Source: Jimgerdemannia flammicorona (taxonomy: Eukaryota). From it: DNA of 33,497 bases. Below the pieces are notes generated by a model. The model was given only the letters and a program-made list of their open reading frames with translations, searched no databases and was not told where the DNA came from. The position numbers and the translations under genes were made by a program. The stretch spans positions 1 through 33,497 of the forward strand of contig RBNJ01000307.1 in NCBI GenBank assembly GCA_003990765.1, given 5' to 3'. Position 1 is the stretch's first letter; each line of letters opens with the position of its first letter. Below are positions 1 to 12,509 of this stretch, piece by piece.

Positions 1-1908
1 CGGTTTGGAGGCAATTCGAGGTCGCGACAGCGAAGGCGAGAGTCGTGTTGTCGAAGAGCTGTGAGCGGCAAGACATGGTGAGTAGATGGGATGTTGTATA
101 GATGCGGGTTGAACCTGGATTTTTTTTTCGTGTAAATAGGGACTGGGTGGGAAACCTCTGGTGTGAAGAAAATGGATTGGCGCGGCATGGACGCGCAAAT
201 GGTGGGTCGTGACACCTATCGTATATGTACGAATCTTAACGTGGGACCGAAGAATGTAACGAAATCTTTCAACTCATCAAATCCTCCTCTGTTCTCGCAT
301 ATCGTCGACCTCTGTTGCCTCGCCGCCCACTCCCGGATGCAGACCTAATCCGCCAAGCAATGCAGGACAAGGCGCACCTAACCGTGCCGGAAATGCCTGC
401 TTTGTATCCTTCTATTCTACTCTATCTACCCCAGATTTATTACTAGTATTCGATTAGGTATACGATATTTTTGTGAAGTCAGAGCATTTTCATATTTTAA
501 GGTATAATTTATAAAATTATATCGGAAGGCATCCTCGTTCATTGACTCACCTTTCTATCTCAACTTTCAATTCCTAGCCTCCCCAAATTCGTCATGACCA
601 TTACTCTCGGCATCTGTCTTTCGGGCACCACTGACAACTTCGCCCAGATCGCCGCCACCGTACCAGTGCGTCGGAGAATTTGATGCTTTTACGAGAGGTT
701 ACGAGGAGTTGAGGATGGGGCCGATGCGGGTGGATGTTTAAAAGGGGATGAGATTCGCTCATTGTTTGATGGAGATCGCTGGTTGGATTTGGGTTTTGTT
801 GTGGCCGCATGTTAATGTTCTTCGAATATAGTACGTGTGTATGATATTATTGGATGGTAGATGAGCGAGTATTTAGTTGTGAAGAGATCGAACCCTTTGC
901 ATTCCTCTTGGCTATTGAATAAAGGCATAGCTATTGTCAATGGAAGCCACACAAAATTTCCATAGAGATGTCGAGTCGTGGGAAAGTCAACATCCGATAG
1001 CCTTGTCGTCGTCAGTATCAATGGGAGAAAGGCCCGCAAAAAGACAAAAGCAATCCATACAGACCAAGGTATGTCCTTCAAGATTATTGACGTCTGATCT
1101 TACAATCCTTCATTAGCTTTTTCTGGTGTAGATCCGTCAGGTGTAGTAACGGCGAGAGCTTGACTGCGGTGCTGATGTTTTTGCTGGTGACAGGAGGCAG
1201 GCGTATCGGTGATGCTAGGATATTTGCCTAGAGATAACGAAGTGTTGCCGAGCTGCATTATATCAGTCAAATTGGGCGATAACGCAACCGATAAAATTTG
1301 GTTGAAAGATCGCGAACCGCCTTTCACTGGCTTTGACCTTCGACCGTCCCCTAGGCTGTACAAAGGCTGGTGCTCGATTATGAATATGGAGGCCAACGAT
1401 ACTTTTTAAAGACCTGTATTTCTCTCCTCCGTTGTGTAAGCATTGCTGCATGGTTTTCTGCGTAGGGGACGAGGGTGGTGGGGGCTTCGAACGAAGCATG
1501 GTAACATCTGTATGGGGTTGGTGTCTAGGTATGTGCGATAATGAGGATGAGGTGCGTACCATCTAGAAGACGGGTCACGGGAGGTGGAAATGGTAGCGCG
1601 ATGGGTTTGGGTCGAGAATAGAACGCAGATGTAAATATTAAATGGGTCATTTTCAACACCCGTCATTCTTGGATGAGGTTCAATAGTCATATATTAACCA
1701 TTTCTCAACGATTGCTTAGTCTCTTTACGGAACAGAAGATTAGCAGAACGGATATTCCATATATATACATTAGTTAAAGCAATCAATATTTCCATGGCCC
1801 ACAGATTATTTAGAGCACTCAGTTCCTTTGCCATGCCACTATTCAAGCTTAGTCACTCAACTTTACTTATCCCTAAGCATTATAATGTTAAAAGGAAGAT
1901 ATCAGCTT

Positions 1909-2613
1909 ATAACTACTAGTTTTGACCTCTTCTGCTAGTATTTATAGAATTGGCTACTGAAATGAAAAAAAAATTATACTGAGGTTATATTTATTGACAA
2001 TAGTGATATATAAGAAAAGAAATTTTGTATAGTAGAGATCCTCAACTATCCTTTATATATATAGTATCTAAGAAGTCAATAAAGATTAAGTATTTAAGAT
2101 AAAGAAATCTATTATACTTCCTAAGTTAAGTATCTACTATATTATAATATATAAGTTTAACTAAAATAAAAAAGATATTTATATATTAATCTATTTTTAT
2201 AATTTTAACAATAAAGTAAAATATTAAATTAAACTATATTTAATTTAAAAAAATCTTATTTTTAGATTAAAAAAAGTAAAAAAAGTAAAAAAAGAAAAAT
2301 TCATTATATATTATATTTAATATATTTTAAATAATTATTAATAGTATTAATTATTTATACTTTTATCTAAGGATAAAAGAATAATAAATCTATAAATAAA
2401 ACTTTGTCACATTATATACTCAGATATATGAGATTCTCAATTACTAAAATAGGGTATAGTAATTTATTCTCATCTAAATCAATAACTCTTTATATGAAAA
2501 ACAGATATAGTATAAGCAACTTAGTAATATTTGTATAATAACAGAGAATTTCTCAGATCATTTCAGTAGCCAATTTTGTAAGTGCTGGCAGAGGGGTCAA
2601 AACTATTGGTTAT
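1909..2613. mobile_element. Non-autonomous TIR (MITE-like) DNA transposon, ~700 bp, decayed
   Basis: Left end 1909-1965 (ataactactagttttgacctcttctgctagtatttatagaattggctactgaaatga) matches the reverse complement of 2558-2613 (ataaccaatagttttgacccctctgccagcacttacaaaattggctactgaaatga). They differ by one indel and mostly C/T changes. The interior is very AT-rich with no ORF. Possible TA target-site duplication. Confidence 0.8.
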
Positions 2614-2981
2614 TCACTCTGACCGTTTCAGTATATGTAAAGGCCAGCATGTGCGAATGAGACGGACAAAGGGAGGGAAAGACCCCAATTTTTGCTTATC
2701 GGTCCGCTTGCTGCGAGACAATCTCTCGTAACGTGAAATCGTCAACGAGAAACTAACCAACTGTAACACCGCTTCGATTCTCTCCGTTTTCGAAGCGAAT
2801 TTTGTCCCAAGACGAAGCGCGTGCAATGATCGACATCCATCACCCTAATATATACCATGAATGGGTAGAACAATAAAATGATGTTTTATCCAAAACTCCG
2901 TAATTTCACTAGAGATCGCAATAAAAATAAAAATAAGAAATCTCTGCCGTGAAATAAATTCCTACCTCCCGTCTTGGCATT

Positions 2982-3610
2982 CTAGCTCAGATATATCTCC
3001 TCGGGGTTCTCGAGCTCGTCTAGAACCTCGACCCGCGCCAGCCGATTGTTGTGGGCATCGAGGCGGGACGTGGATTGTTATGGCGAGCTATACGATATAT
3101 GATAGAAGGTCAGTAAACGCGATCCACAAGTCAAAAATCTTCAAGTACGAAATATTTGCATGAACACAAACGAAAAGAAAATGGTTGCCTTTTACCCCAG
3201 AACAACCCTCACGAATCATATACAAGGGAAAAGACAAGCGTCTACCGACCTCGCAGTTTGTTTCATAGCAGATAATTCCAACAGCTTCAAGACAGGAGGT
3301 CCAATCTGGTATATGCAGCAAATGTGCGAGTTTATTGACCATCTATTACGATTCCTTCAATGGGGTTTTGAATAGGAAGTTGACGGGGGGGGTTTTTTTT
3401 TGAGGGAGATGAACTTAGCTAATAGAGGTGGACGAGGGGTGAGATCTAAAGCAATATGGGTGAGAATTTAATAAGGCATTTATTTATTTATTTATTATTT
3501 TTGGAGGGATCGGCATACTCGTTAGTCGAGCTTCTGTAGTCGTTCGAAGTCCTTCACGACCTCTTTGCTGAATCGAAAGGTCTGGCACAATCAATGCTTG
3601 ACCTACAGGT
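2982..3610 (-). pseudogene. Possible decayed Sds22-like leucine-rich-repeat gene fragments
   Basis: Minus-strand pieces bounded by GT/AG-like sites read ..ERLQKLD*, ..VNKLAH..LKLLELSA/NKLRE and ..RLDAHNNRLARVEVLDELENPEEIYLS*. These resemble SDS22-class LRRs (LxxLxLxxNxIxxIxxL) but contain stops and frameshifts. Confidence 0.3.
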
Positions 3611-3815
3611 GATTGTTTGGCTAGTGTTTATCCGTTATCGCCCTCGTTGTCCCATCTTTTCCATAGTCGCTACCGTCATTTCGCTATCAAAGAGTGGGAT
3701 TCGGAAGAGAACAAGAAGCGGTCCTTCCTCGAAGTGACCTGATGACGATCCGAATTCGGAAACACTCTTTAATTAACGACAAAGTTCTATCACGGCTCAA
3801 CACGAAACTTAATGT

Positions 3816-6800
3816 CTATTCTTTTTGGCACTCCACCAATTGCAATCCATATTCGCGCAACTTCTTCTCCGTCACGTTCGAGGGGCTGTCAACCACGAAG
3901 TCCTTCCCGGCCGATGATTTGGGAAACGCAATCACGTCACGGATCGAGGGCGTGCGGCAGATGATGGACATGAGGCGGTCGAAGCCTGGAATGGGGAGAG
4001 GGAAAATAATGAATATCAAGGGCAGCGTGGACAAAAAGGATGTTGGGCATGTATTATCCACCCGTACCAAGCGCAATCCCACCGTGCGGCGGACACCCAC
4101 ACCTGAGCGCGTTGATCAGGTGGTTGAATAGGCTATACTCTTCCTTCGTGAACTGTGTTGTGGTTCCCAGAAGGGTTGGTGTCGTTAATATTTTGATTCC
4201 AAATTGCGCATGGAAGAACAATGACACGCGCCCATGCGACCCACCTTGAGCACGTTCTCCAGAATCCAGGTCTGCAGCGCGGGCGAATGGATGCGGATCG
4301 ACCCGCCACCGATCTCGACACCATTGAGGACTAGGTCGTAGTGTTGACCGCGAACCTGATCATCATGAATGAATTTAATATCCAATACTCTCCGAAAATT
4401 CGCATACCACATCCTATGATCGACATACTTCCTCCGGCTTTGCCACCAACAGTTCTACATCCTCTGCCACAGGAGCCGTGAAGGGATGATGCGTGGACAC
4501 CCAGGCACGGCCGGTTGTGGGGTCCTCGGGACTGAAGAGTGGAAAGGATTCGACCCAGAGGAAGTTGTGTAGGGCGGGATCGATGACCATGAAGCCTGGG
4601 GAGATGAAAGAGATCAGATTCGAACGAGGAGGAAGGGATATTGGGCGGAACGGCGATTTCTAGTCATAATTACCTTTCGATTGGAGTAGCGAAGCGGCTT
4701 TGAGGCGGGTACGGCCAAGGGGAGTGCTACCACCCTGTTAGTGAGACAATTCAACCAAAAAAAAAATCAACATCTAGCCGCGACCATATCCCTGTCCGCG
4801 ACTCACAAACACTCCCATTATCCACATGCGCCCAAAGCAATACCTCATTACCCACACCCTCACTCACCCCAAAAAACTTGGGTCGCTTATTAATCACTAT
4901 CAGATCTCCGACTTCGACCTTCATCCCCCTTGACAGTGCCTCTCGCGTTTCATCGACGTGGACCGACTGTTTCGTGAGCGATGTCTCAGCGAGCCATGTG
5001 CCGTCACGATTAGCGTCGCTGATCTTGACTATCGCGATATCCTGCTCCCAAAAAAGGCGATGGCGTGGCCCACGAATAAAAAGTTAATGCAGTGGACGGT
5101 GTACCAGTCAACGAACTGAGCATACTCCCGCGCCGCACCTTGACGTTCTGCATGCCCATGGCCTCTTCCAGCGACTTGATCTCCAGCTTCGCCAGCGCAG
5201 CGCCGCCCTTGACGACGAGGCAGTCGAGCGCCGAGTCCGTGGTTATGTCGGGGAGATGGGGGGAAATGTCGTTGATCTGGAAGGAATAGTAGAATTACGA
5301 ATTAATGACTTGCGCGGGAAAAATGGTCGGCTCGTGTCGAGGGAATAAGTTACCTCCATCGCGAACCGTGTGTCCGGCTTGTCAGATCCGAACTAGATGT
5401 GGTTTGGAGAGGTCGAATGTCAAGTCCGCTTCGAGAAAGCATACGACTGACCTATTCGAGCCGAGGAAGGAAGGAGAGATCCGCCGTCATATCAACCCAC
5501 CCGACTCATCGCATCTTGATACGTCATCCTTGGGAACGCGTCCTTCCCCAGCTCGATCCCCAACACCCTATGCCAGATGGTCGCCACCATGCCCTCAATC
5601 AGGTCCTGTATATCGCGCGCCGTGACGAAAGACATCTCGAGATCGACCTGTTGCCCCAAAACAAACAATATTTTCAGCGATTCGACGTCGAGCACCATTA
5701 TCCCAACAAAGGCGACGCATACCAACCTGTGTGAACTCAGGCTGCCGGTCTGCCCTCAAGCCCTCGTCGCGGAAGCATCGCGCAATCTGGAAGTAGCGGT
5801 CCATGCCGGCGGACATCAGGAGTTGTTTGTGCTGCTGCGGGCTCTGCGGGAGCGCGTAAAAGGCGCCCGGAGTGCGCGTCGGGACTATGTACTCGCAGGC
5901 GCCCTCGGGGGTCGATTTAAAGAGTATAGGGGTCTCGACTTCAACAAAACCTGATGGAAGGATGTAGGTATGCGTTAAATGGTTGTTACGGAGGAAGAGT
6001 ATGGGATGGGATGAGAAATGAGTGGGGCACCTTTATCGATGAGGAAATTGCGGATGGTCGAGGCGGTAAGGGAGCGAACACGAAGGTTGTTTTGGAGGAA
6101 GGGACGACGGAGATCGAGGTAGCGGTACTTGAGGCGGGTTTCTTCGCTTGGCTAGGAGAAGAAGCAAAGTGGGATATGGGTCTAATGGTTGTGCGGGGCA
6201 TGCACTGTTGATTGTTGGGATTTGTTGACTTACCAGCTCATCATGCGAGAGTACGAAGGGCAGTTGGTCCGCCGGATTAAGGAGATATAATGACTTGAGC
6301 TCGACCTCGATCTCGCCGGTAGGTAATGTCTGGATCGATTGTAATTGGTGGGGAGCAGTCAATACAAAGTTCAAGGTCTTGGATCGAAAAAGGGCGTCTC
6401 CGCACTTGCTTGGTGACCGACCTTTTTGATCGTCTTGGGCAGCCGCTTCCTAACTGCCCCCACAGCGCAAATCACGCTCTCGACTGTTAAATTCTCTATC
6501 ACGGTTTTCACGGCGGCGCCATTGGCCGTAGAGGGGTCGCCGCTGAAGACGAGCTGGGTAACTCCGAAAGCGTCACGAACATGAATGAAGACGAGGTCGG
6601 AGGAAATATGCCTGAACAGGAATCGAGAACCAGTTGGCTGGAATGTTTTCGATGTAGAACGTGGTGAGGGTCAAGAGAAGATGGTTCACCTTATGAATTG
6701 TGCCCAGCCACACAGGACAACCTCTTGGCCATCGTGGTGTGACCGAAGTTCGCCGCAATTATGCGTTCGAGATGGATATGTACCTGTTATTTGAAGTGGT

Positions 6801-7065
6801 TTAATTAACAAATTGTATCACAGCTAGAAAGATTAATCTCAGGAAAAAGCCATATACCATGGTGGCTTTTGTCACCGGAAAGCTCACGCCATGTTGCGTG
6901 ATTGGTGAAGGCTGGGCTATTGAGATGAAGACAGCGTGTACTCGCAGGCAAACGCAGGGCCAAGTGTGGATTTTTTGGGGCTGCGCGTGTCAGAAGCGAT
7001 ACTAGAGCTAGAGCACCTCTCGACTGCGAGGCAGACCGCACCAGTGACGACCATGGTGGACGCAT
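3816..7065 (-). CDS. MSD1: Mitochondrial aspartyl-tRNA synthetase (bacterial-type AspRS), ~15 exons
   Basis: Arg/Ser/Leu-rich presequence [17 protein letters not shown]... Spliced exons give [122 protein letters not shown] and IRDVIAFPK. 14 GT-AG introns. Confidence 0.96.
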
Positions 7066-7091
7066 GGCAAAAATAATTTGGGTAACGTGTC

Positions 7092-7153
7092 TCGGTCAGT
7101 CGGTCAGTCGGTCGGTCGGTCAGTCGGTCAGTCGGTCGGTCGGTCAGTCGGTC
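7092..7153. repeat. (TCGG/TCAG)n compound tetranucleotide repeat in the MSD1-RPN2 divergent promoter
   Basis: tcggtcagtcggtcagtcggtcggtcggtcagtcggtcagtcggtcggtcggtcagtcggtc is about 15 TCRG units. Confidence 0.9.
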
Positions 7154-7325
7154 ATCGTATGATTACTCGTTTCAGCCAGTGACGTCAGGTGAGGGATTCG
7201 TCATCGCCTCCACGTTCAAAGCACCTGCTCTCGTGCATACGCAACCTTTTGGAAACAAACACAGACCGCCAAAAGTTCCCTTTCCTCGACGAGATAAAAA
7301 TATCGTATACTACCCACCAACGCAA

Positions 7326-8920
7326 ATGGTAGCCGCTCTCACTTCAGCAGGTACACCTCGGCATCTCCTTCCTTCACCAGTATCTCCAATGTCCTGACCA
7401 CAACCTGTCATTCTCTCCATTCCTCACAGGTGGTGTCATCGCGCTTCTGGACGAGGACCAGGAGGAACTTCAGACCTTCGCACTCCAGAAGCTAAATGGC
7501 CTGGTCGACCAGTTTTGGGCGGAGATTTCTGACTCCGTGTCGAAAATGTGCGTTTTATCAGCATCTCGAGCACATTGGGTCTCGGTTGGGTGCCGCAAGA
7601 AGGAAGGATCGGACGCGTCGTCGATTATAATTGAAGCGATTCAGACCGTTGCTTATTAATATTTGTGACCGAATTTTTTTTTGATAGTGAAATTTTGTAC
7701 GAGGACGAAGGGTTCCCGCAGCGAGAACTCGCTGCCCTAATTGCCTCGAAGGTAACGCGTTTCTTGCATCTTGTATTTCGTTGATAGCTTTTCTTGGGGA
7801 CAGAATTCGGGACATTGGGCTTGTGCAAAATTGAGACGGTGTAGTGGGTTTGAATATAAAAAGGGCTTTCTCGACATCCGTCGAAGACTATAATTCGACA
7901 CCGCCTCGACTAGCCGAATCAGCTCTCCAACTCGATTCATAACAATGGGACGTGGTGGGGATGCTTTACACCGTCTGCGGAGACTGACGCGGCCCTTTGA
8001 TCTACGCTGAACCCAGGTCTATTACCACCTTGGCGCATTTGACGAATCCCTCACCTTCGCTCTCGGCGCCGGCCAGCTTTTTGATGCGTCCGCCAAATCC
8101 GAATACGTCGAAACCATTATAGGTAAGTAAATTTCGCTATATATGGGTCTTGCATACGGCCCCACAATGTCATCTCCCTTCCTCACAGTCACCCTCCCCT
8201 TCATTCAGCCAAATGTATTCACAAGTACATCACGCTGCGCAGTAACCAATATGAGGAACCCGAAACGGCCGTGGAGATCGACCCGCGCTTGGAAGATGTG
8301 GTAGAGCGCATGTTCAAACGGTGCGAGGAAGATGGCGAATTCAAGCAGTCGATCGGCATCGCCCTTGAGTCGCGCCGCCTTGACATCGTCGAGCGTACCA
8401 TCCTCAAGGGCACCTCCCACGAGTTGCTTGCCTACGTTCTCGACGTCTCCATGACCCTCATTCAGAACCTCGATTTCCGGAACAAGACCCTCAGGCTCCT
8501 TGTCAGGCTCTTCAAGAACCTCCAGGAACCAGATTACGTCTCCATCAGTCAATGTCTCGTCCATCTTAACGATCCGGCGTCATGTTCAGAGCTGTTGAGG
8601 GAGCTGGTGAATAGGGGGGATGATGTAAGTGCTTTGTGGGGTTGGTTGATTGGCTTCTGGTAAAGTCTCCGCAGAGTATTGCGCTCCAAAGGAAAGAAAA
8701 GAAAAAAAAAATACATTGGCTTATATAAATTTCATAATTGTTTCCCACCAGCTGCACATCCTGATGGCTTACCAGATTGCTTTCGACCTGGAAGAGAACG
8801 CGACCCAGGATTTCTTGCACAAGGTTTCCAACGACCTGGCATCGGCACCCGCGGAGGAGAGGCCTGTAGACGGCGACGCGATGGATACGGATGAAGCGAA
8901 CAAGGTTGGTATGAATTAAC

Positions 8921-8954
<34 letters not shown>

Positions 8955-11900
8955 CGATGGAGGTATTTGTGTATATTGGCTATTCTGCATTTGTAATTTA
9001 CTTACGGATCTGGTTTCTGATGTGTTTAGCCGACCGACAAATTTTCCAAGATCAGATCTATTCTGTCCGGCGAGGAATCGATCAAGTTGCACCTTGAGTT
9101 CTTGTACCGGAACAATCATACCGATTTGTTGATTTTGAAAAACACAAAGGTTTGTGGTGTCTTGTGAACATTTGTGATGTGGGGACGCGACCATACGTTG
9201 TTGAACACGCCAATGTTGGCTGACGGTGACGCATAGATTTTTGGCATAGGAACGAGAATCGATTCTGATTGGATGTGCTGCGCTTATTCAATTTTACACT
9301 CCGTCATTCTATCTTAGAACGCCCTCGAGTCCCGCAACTCGGTATATCACTCGGCCGTCACCTTCGCCAATGCCTTTATGAGCGCCGGCACCACGAGCGA
9401 CGAGTTTCTCAGACAGAACCTCGAATGGCTCTCGCGCGCCACCAACTGGTCAAAGTTTAGCGCGACGGCCGCATTGGGCGTCATCCACAAGGTGAGCGCA
9501 ACATTTTTATTTCTAGATTTTGCTTACCAGCTCGCAATTCAGCAATGGTATCGTCGCTGACACTCTCGTTCATTCGCAGGGTCAACTCTCCCAGTCCCTC
9601 GCCCTCCTTGCTCCGTACCTCCCACAGGACGGCGTCAGCGGCGGTAGCTCCTTCTCCGAGGGCGGCTCCCTCTTCGCTCTCGGCCTCATCCATGCGAACC
9701 ACGGCGGAAGCGTGCTCGAGTACCTCCGGAATGCGCTCAAGAACACCCAGACCGAAGTACTGCAGCACGGCGCGGCGCTTGGGTTGGGCGTGGCGGGGAT
9801 GGCAACGGATAATGATGGTGCGTTGGGGGAAGAGGAGGGAGGAGGTGGTTGTTTGCTCGAGTGGATGGGCTGGGGAGTTTTTTTGTTTCGAATTTAACTG
9901 GGTTCGTGTGCTCTTTATTGTGGCGCTCAGATATCTACGTGGAGCTACTTACTGTCCTCCACAGCGACAGCGCCGTCGCGAGTGAGGCTTCGGGTTTGGC
10001 CATGGGTCTGGTCATGCTCGGCACGGCTTCAGCAAAGGCTATCGATGAGATGCAAGTGTACGCGCATGAAACACAGCACGAAAAGATTATTCGTGGTTTG
10101 GCTGTTGGCATGTCGCTGATTATGTATGGGAAGGAGGAGCAGGCAGATATACTGATCGAGAAGTTGTGCGGGGATAAGGTGAGGTTGTCGGGCATGATTT
10201 GTCATTGATCTGGTTTGGGGGCAGATGTATGCATTTTATTTCAAAATTTTGTACCAACACAACCTCCCCCCACTTTTTTTTTTTATTTTTTTTATCCCAG
10301 GACCCCATCCTCCGCTATGGCGGTATGTACACGGTGGCGATGGCCTACAGCGGCACGGGCAACAATAAGGCGATCCGGCGGCTGCTACACGTGGCCGTGA
10401 GTGACGTGAACGACGATGTTCGCCGTGCGGCCGTCACAGCCCTGGGTTTCATCCTGCTGCGCAATCACAAGCAGGTCCCCCGCATCGTCCAACTGCTCTC
10501 CGAGAGCTACAACCCCAACGTTCGATACGGTGCCACCCTCGCCCTAGGTATCTCGTGTGCAGGAACGGGACTCATGGAGGCTATTGAGCTGCTCGAGCCG
10601 ATGACTAAGGATCCCGTCGACTATGTCAGGCAGGGCGCGTTGATCTCGTTGGCTATGATCCTCATCCAGCAGACCGATGCTACGAATCCGAAGGTGCGAA
10701 GGTGGGCGGGGTAGATGGAAGTAAGGGAAGGAGTATGTACATCACGTGCTTCGTGCTAACGATGGTTCGTTTTGTGTCTCTGCAGGTTGGTACGGTACGG
10801 AAGTTGTACGAGAAGATTATTGGCGACAAGCATGAGGACTCGATGGCCAAGTTCGGCGCTGTTTTGGGACAGGGCATTATTGATGCGGGTATGATATCCA
10901 TATCAAGTTTGGTTTGCTTGGATCCTTATAGTCAGCCTCGTTCGGTGCGCGAGCATGTCATCCTCGCGCCACAGCATCTCACTGCCTTGTTTTCGCATCA
11001 TCAGGGGGTCGTAACGTCACGATTTCGCTGCTCTCGCGCTCGGGCCATGCCAACATGTCCGCCATCGTCGGCATGGCAGTCTTCACGCAGTTCTGGTACT
11101 GGTACCCGCTGACGCACTTCCTAAGCTTGGCGTTCACACCGACGGCTATCATTGGGCTGAACAAGGATTTGCAGGTATGCTGAGCTGTGACATTAATGCT
11201 GTGACTGTCTTTTATGGTGCCAACGCACAATTGCCATCTGCAATTTTTTTGTCGATCTCCCCACAAATCCTGTAACACAACCTAATTATTGGCAGATCCC
11301 GAAATTCGAGTTTATCTCCAACGCCAAGCCCTCGCTGTTCGCCTACCCGCCTACCACCAAGCCGCCAACAACGGCGGTGGTGGAGAAAGTGGCGACGGCC
11401 GTGTTGTCGACAACGGCCAAAGCGAAGGCGCGCGCCAAGAAGTCAGAGAAGGAGAAGGGCGCGGCGGAGCCGATGGAGACGGTGCGTTGGCGATGAGTTT
11501 TGGGTCTAGGTGGTGGTGTGTAAATCATTGCATGCTGATGAAATCGTTTGTGTTATTTGGTTTAGGATGAGAAGCAGGTAACCGAGGCTGAGGAGAGGAA
11601 GAAAGAAGAAGAGAAGGTATGTTTGTTGTTTTGTGGTTGCTGTCGTGCGGTTAGTTCCATACACCTGCCTGTTCCTTATTTAGCGCGTTGATCCACCATC
11701 ACCCGTGTAGGATGAAAAGAAAACGAAGAAGAAGAAGGAAGAGAACTTTGAGGTCCTGGAAAACATGGCTCGTGTGGTCCCTGGCCAGCTGAAGCACATA
11801 ACGTTCAAGGATGATTCGCGATACGTTCCCGTGAAAAAGGTATGCCGTTTGAATTCGACATCCGATGCCCGCGCATCTTCGCCCTACTGATGCACGTGTA

Positions 11901-12084
11901 ACGATTTTAACTCCCGCTCCCTCAGGGTGTTGTGGGAGGCATCCTAATGATGACTGACGGACGACCGGAGGATAAAGAGGACCTAATCATGCCGAGCGCG
12001 CCGTCAGCCGAGTCGGCCGGCGTGGCGAAGACAGAGGAGGAGGCGCCTCCGTTTGAGCCGTTCGAGTACCCGTTCGATAACTGA
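7326..12084 (+). CDS. RPN2: 26S proteasome regulatory subunit Rpn2/PSMD1, ~17 exons
   Basis: [71 protein letters not shown] repeats ([36 protein letters not shown]), FWYWYPL, C-terminal [12 protein letters not shown] (TGA 12082-12084). 16 GT-AG introns. Confidence 0.97.
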
Positions 12085-12509
12085 AAGGATGTTATTGGGT
12101 TGGGGGAGGGGGGCGCAGGTGATCTGTTTTTTCTCTTGTTCAAAGATAAGGGTGTGTCGGTCGAATGTCGGTGGGTAGGGATTTGAATGGTTATTAGACA
12201 CGAGGTATATTTTCTATTTGTATCGATTGCATAGGTCAATGTAGGGGTTGTACCCATGATTTCACATGTCTTGGTTATCGATGGTCTGACCGCTTAGCGA
12301 CGATTAATTTTGCACATGACTGCGAGTGCAAATTTCTCAGAAAGGGTCCGTGTGTGGGTGGGGCTGGAATCAAGATGGCGTTAGAAGCAGTACTTAAGCT
12401 GCGATCAACTATCCAAATCTCATACTCAGTTCTGATCCGTTGCCGCAAATACCGCCACTTTTGCACCTACACCCATATCCACACACCCCCACACACTCGT
12501 AAATACACT

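Noticed and set aside
1..76. Possible 5' end of a minus-strand gene (accATG at 76, MSCRSQLFDNTT...)
   Set aside because: Truncated by the window edge and too short to identify.
404..412. GTATCCTTC as a possible third minor donor
   Set aside because: No CCTTAAC-type branch box downstream and no recognisable host gene.
934..1409. Plus-strand ORF pieces with a GT-AG intron-like segment (PAKRQK..)
   Set aside because: The spliced frame stops almost immediately and no domain was recognised.
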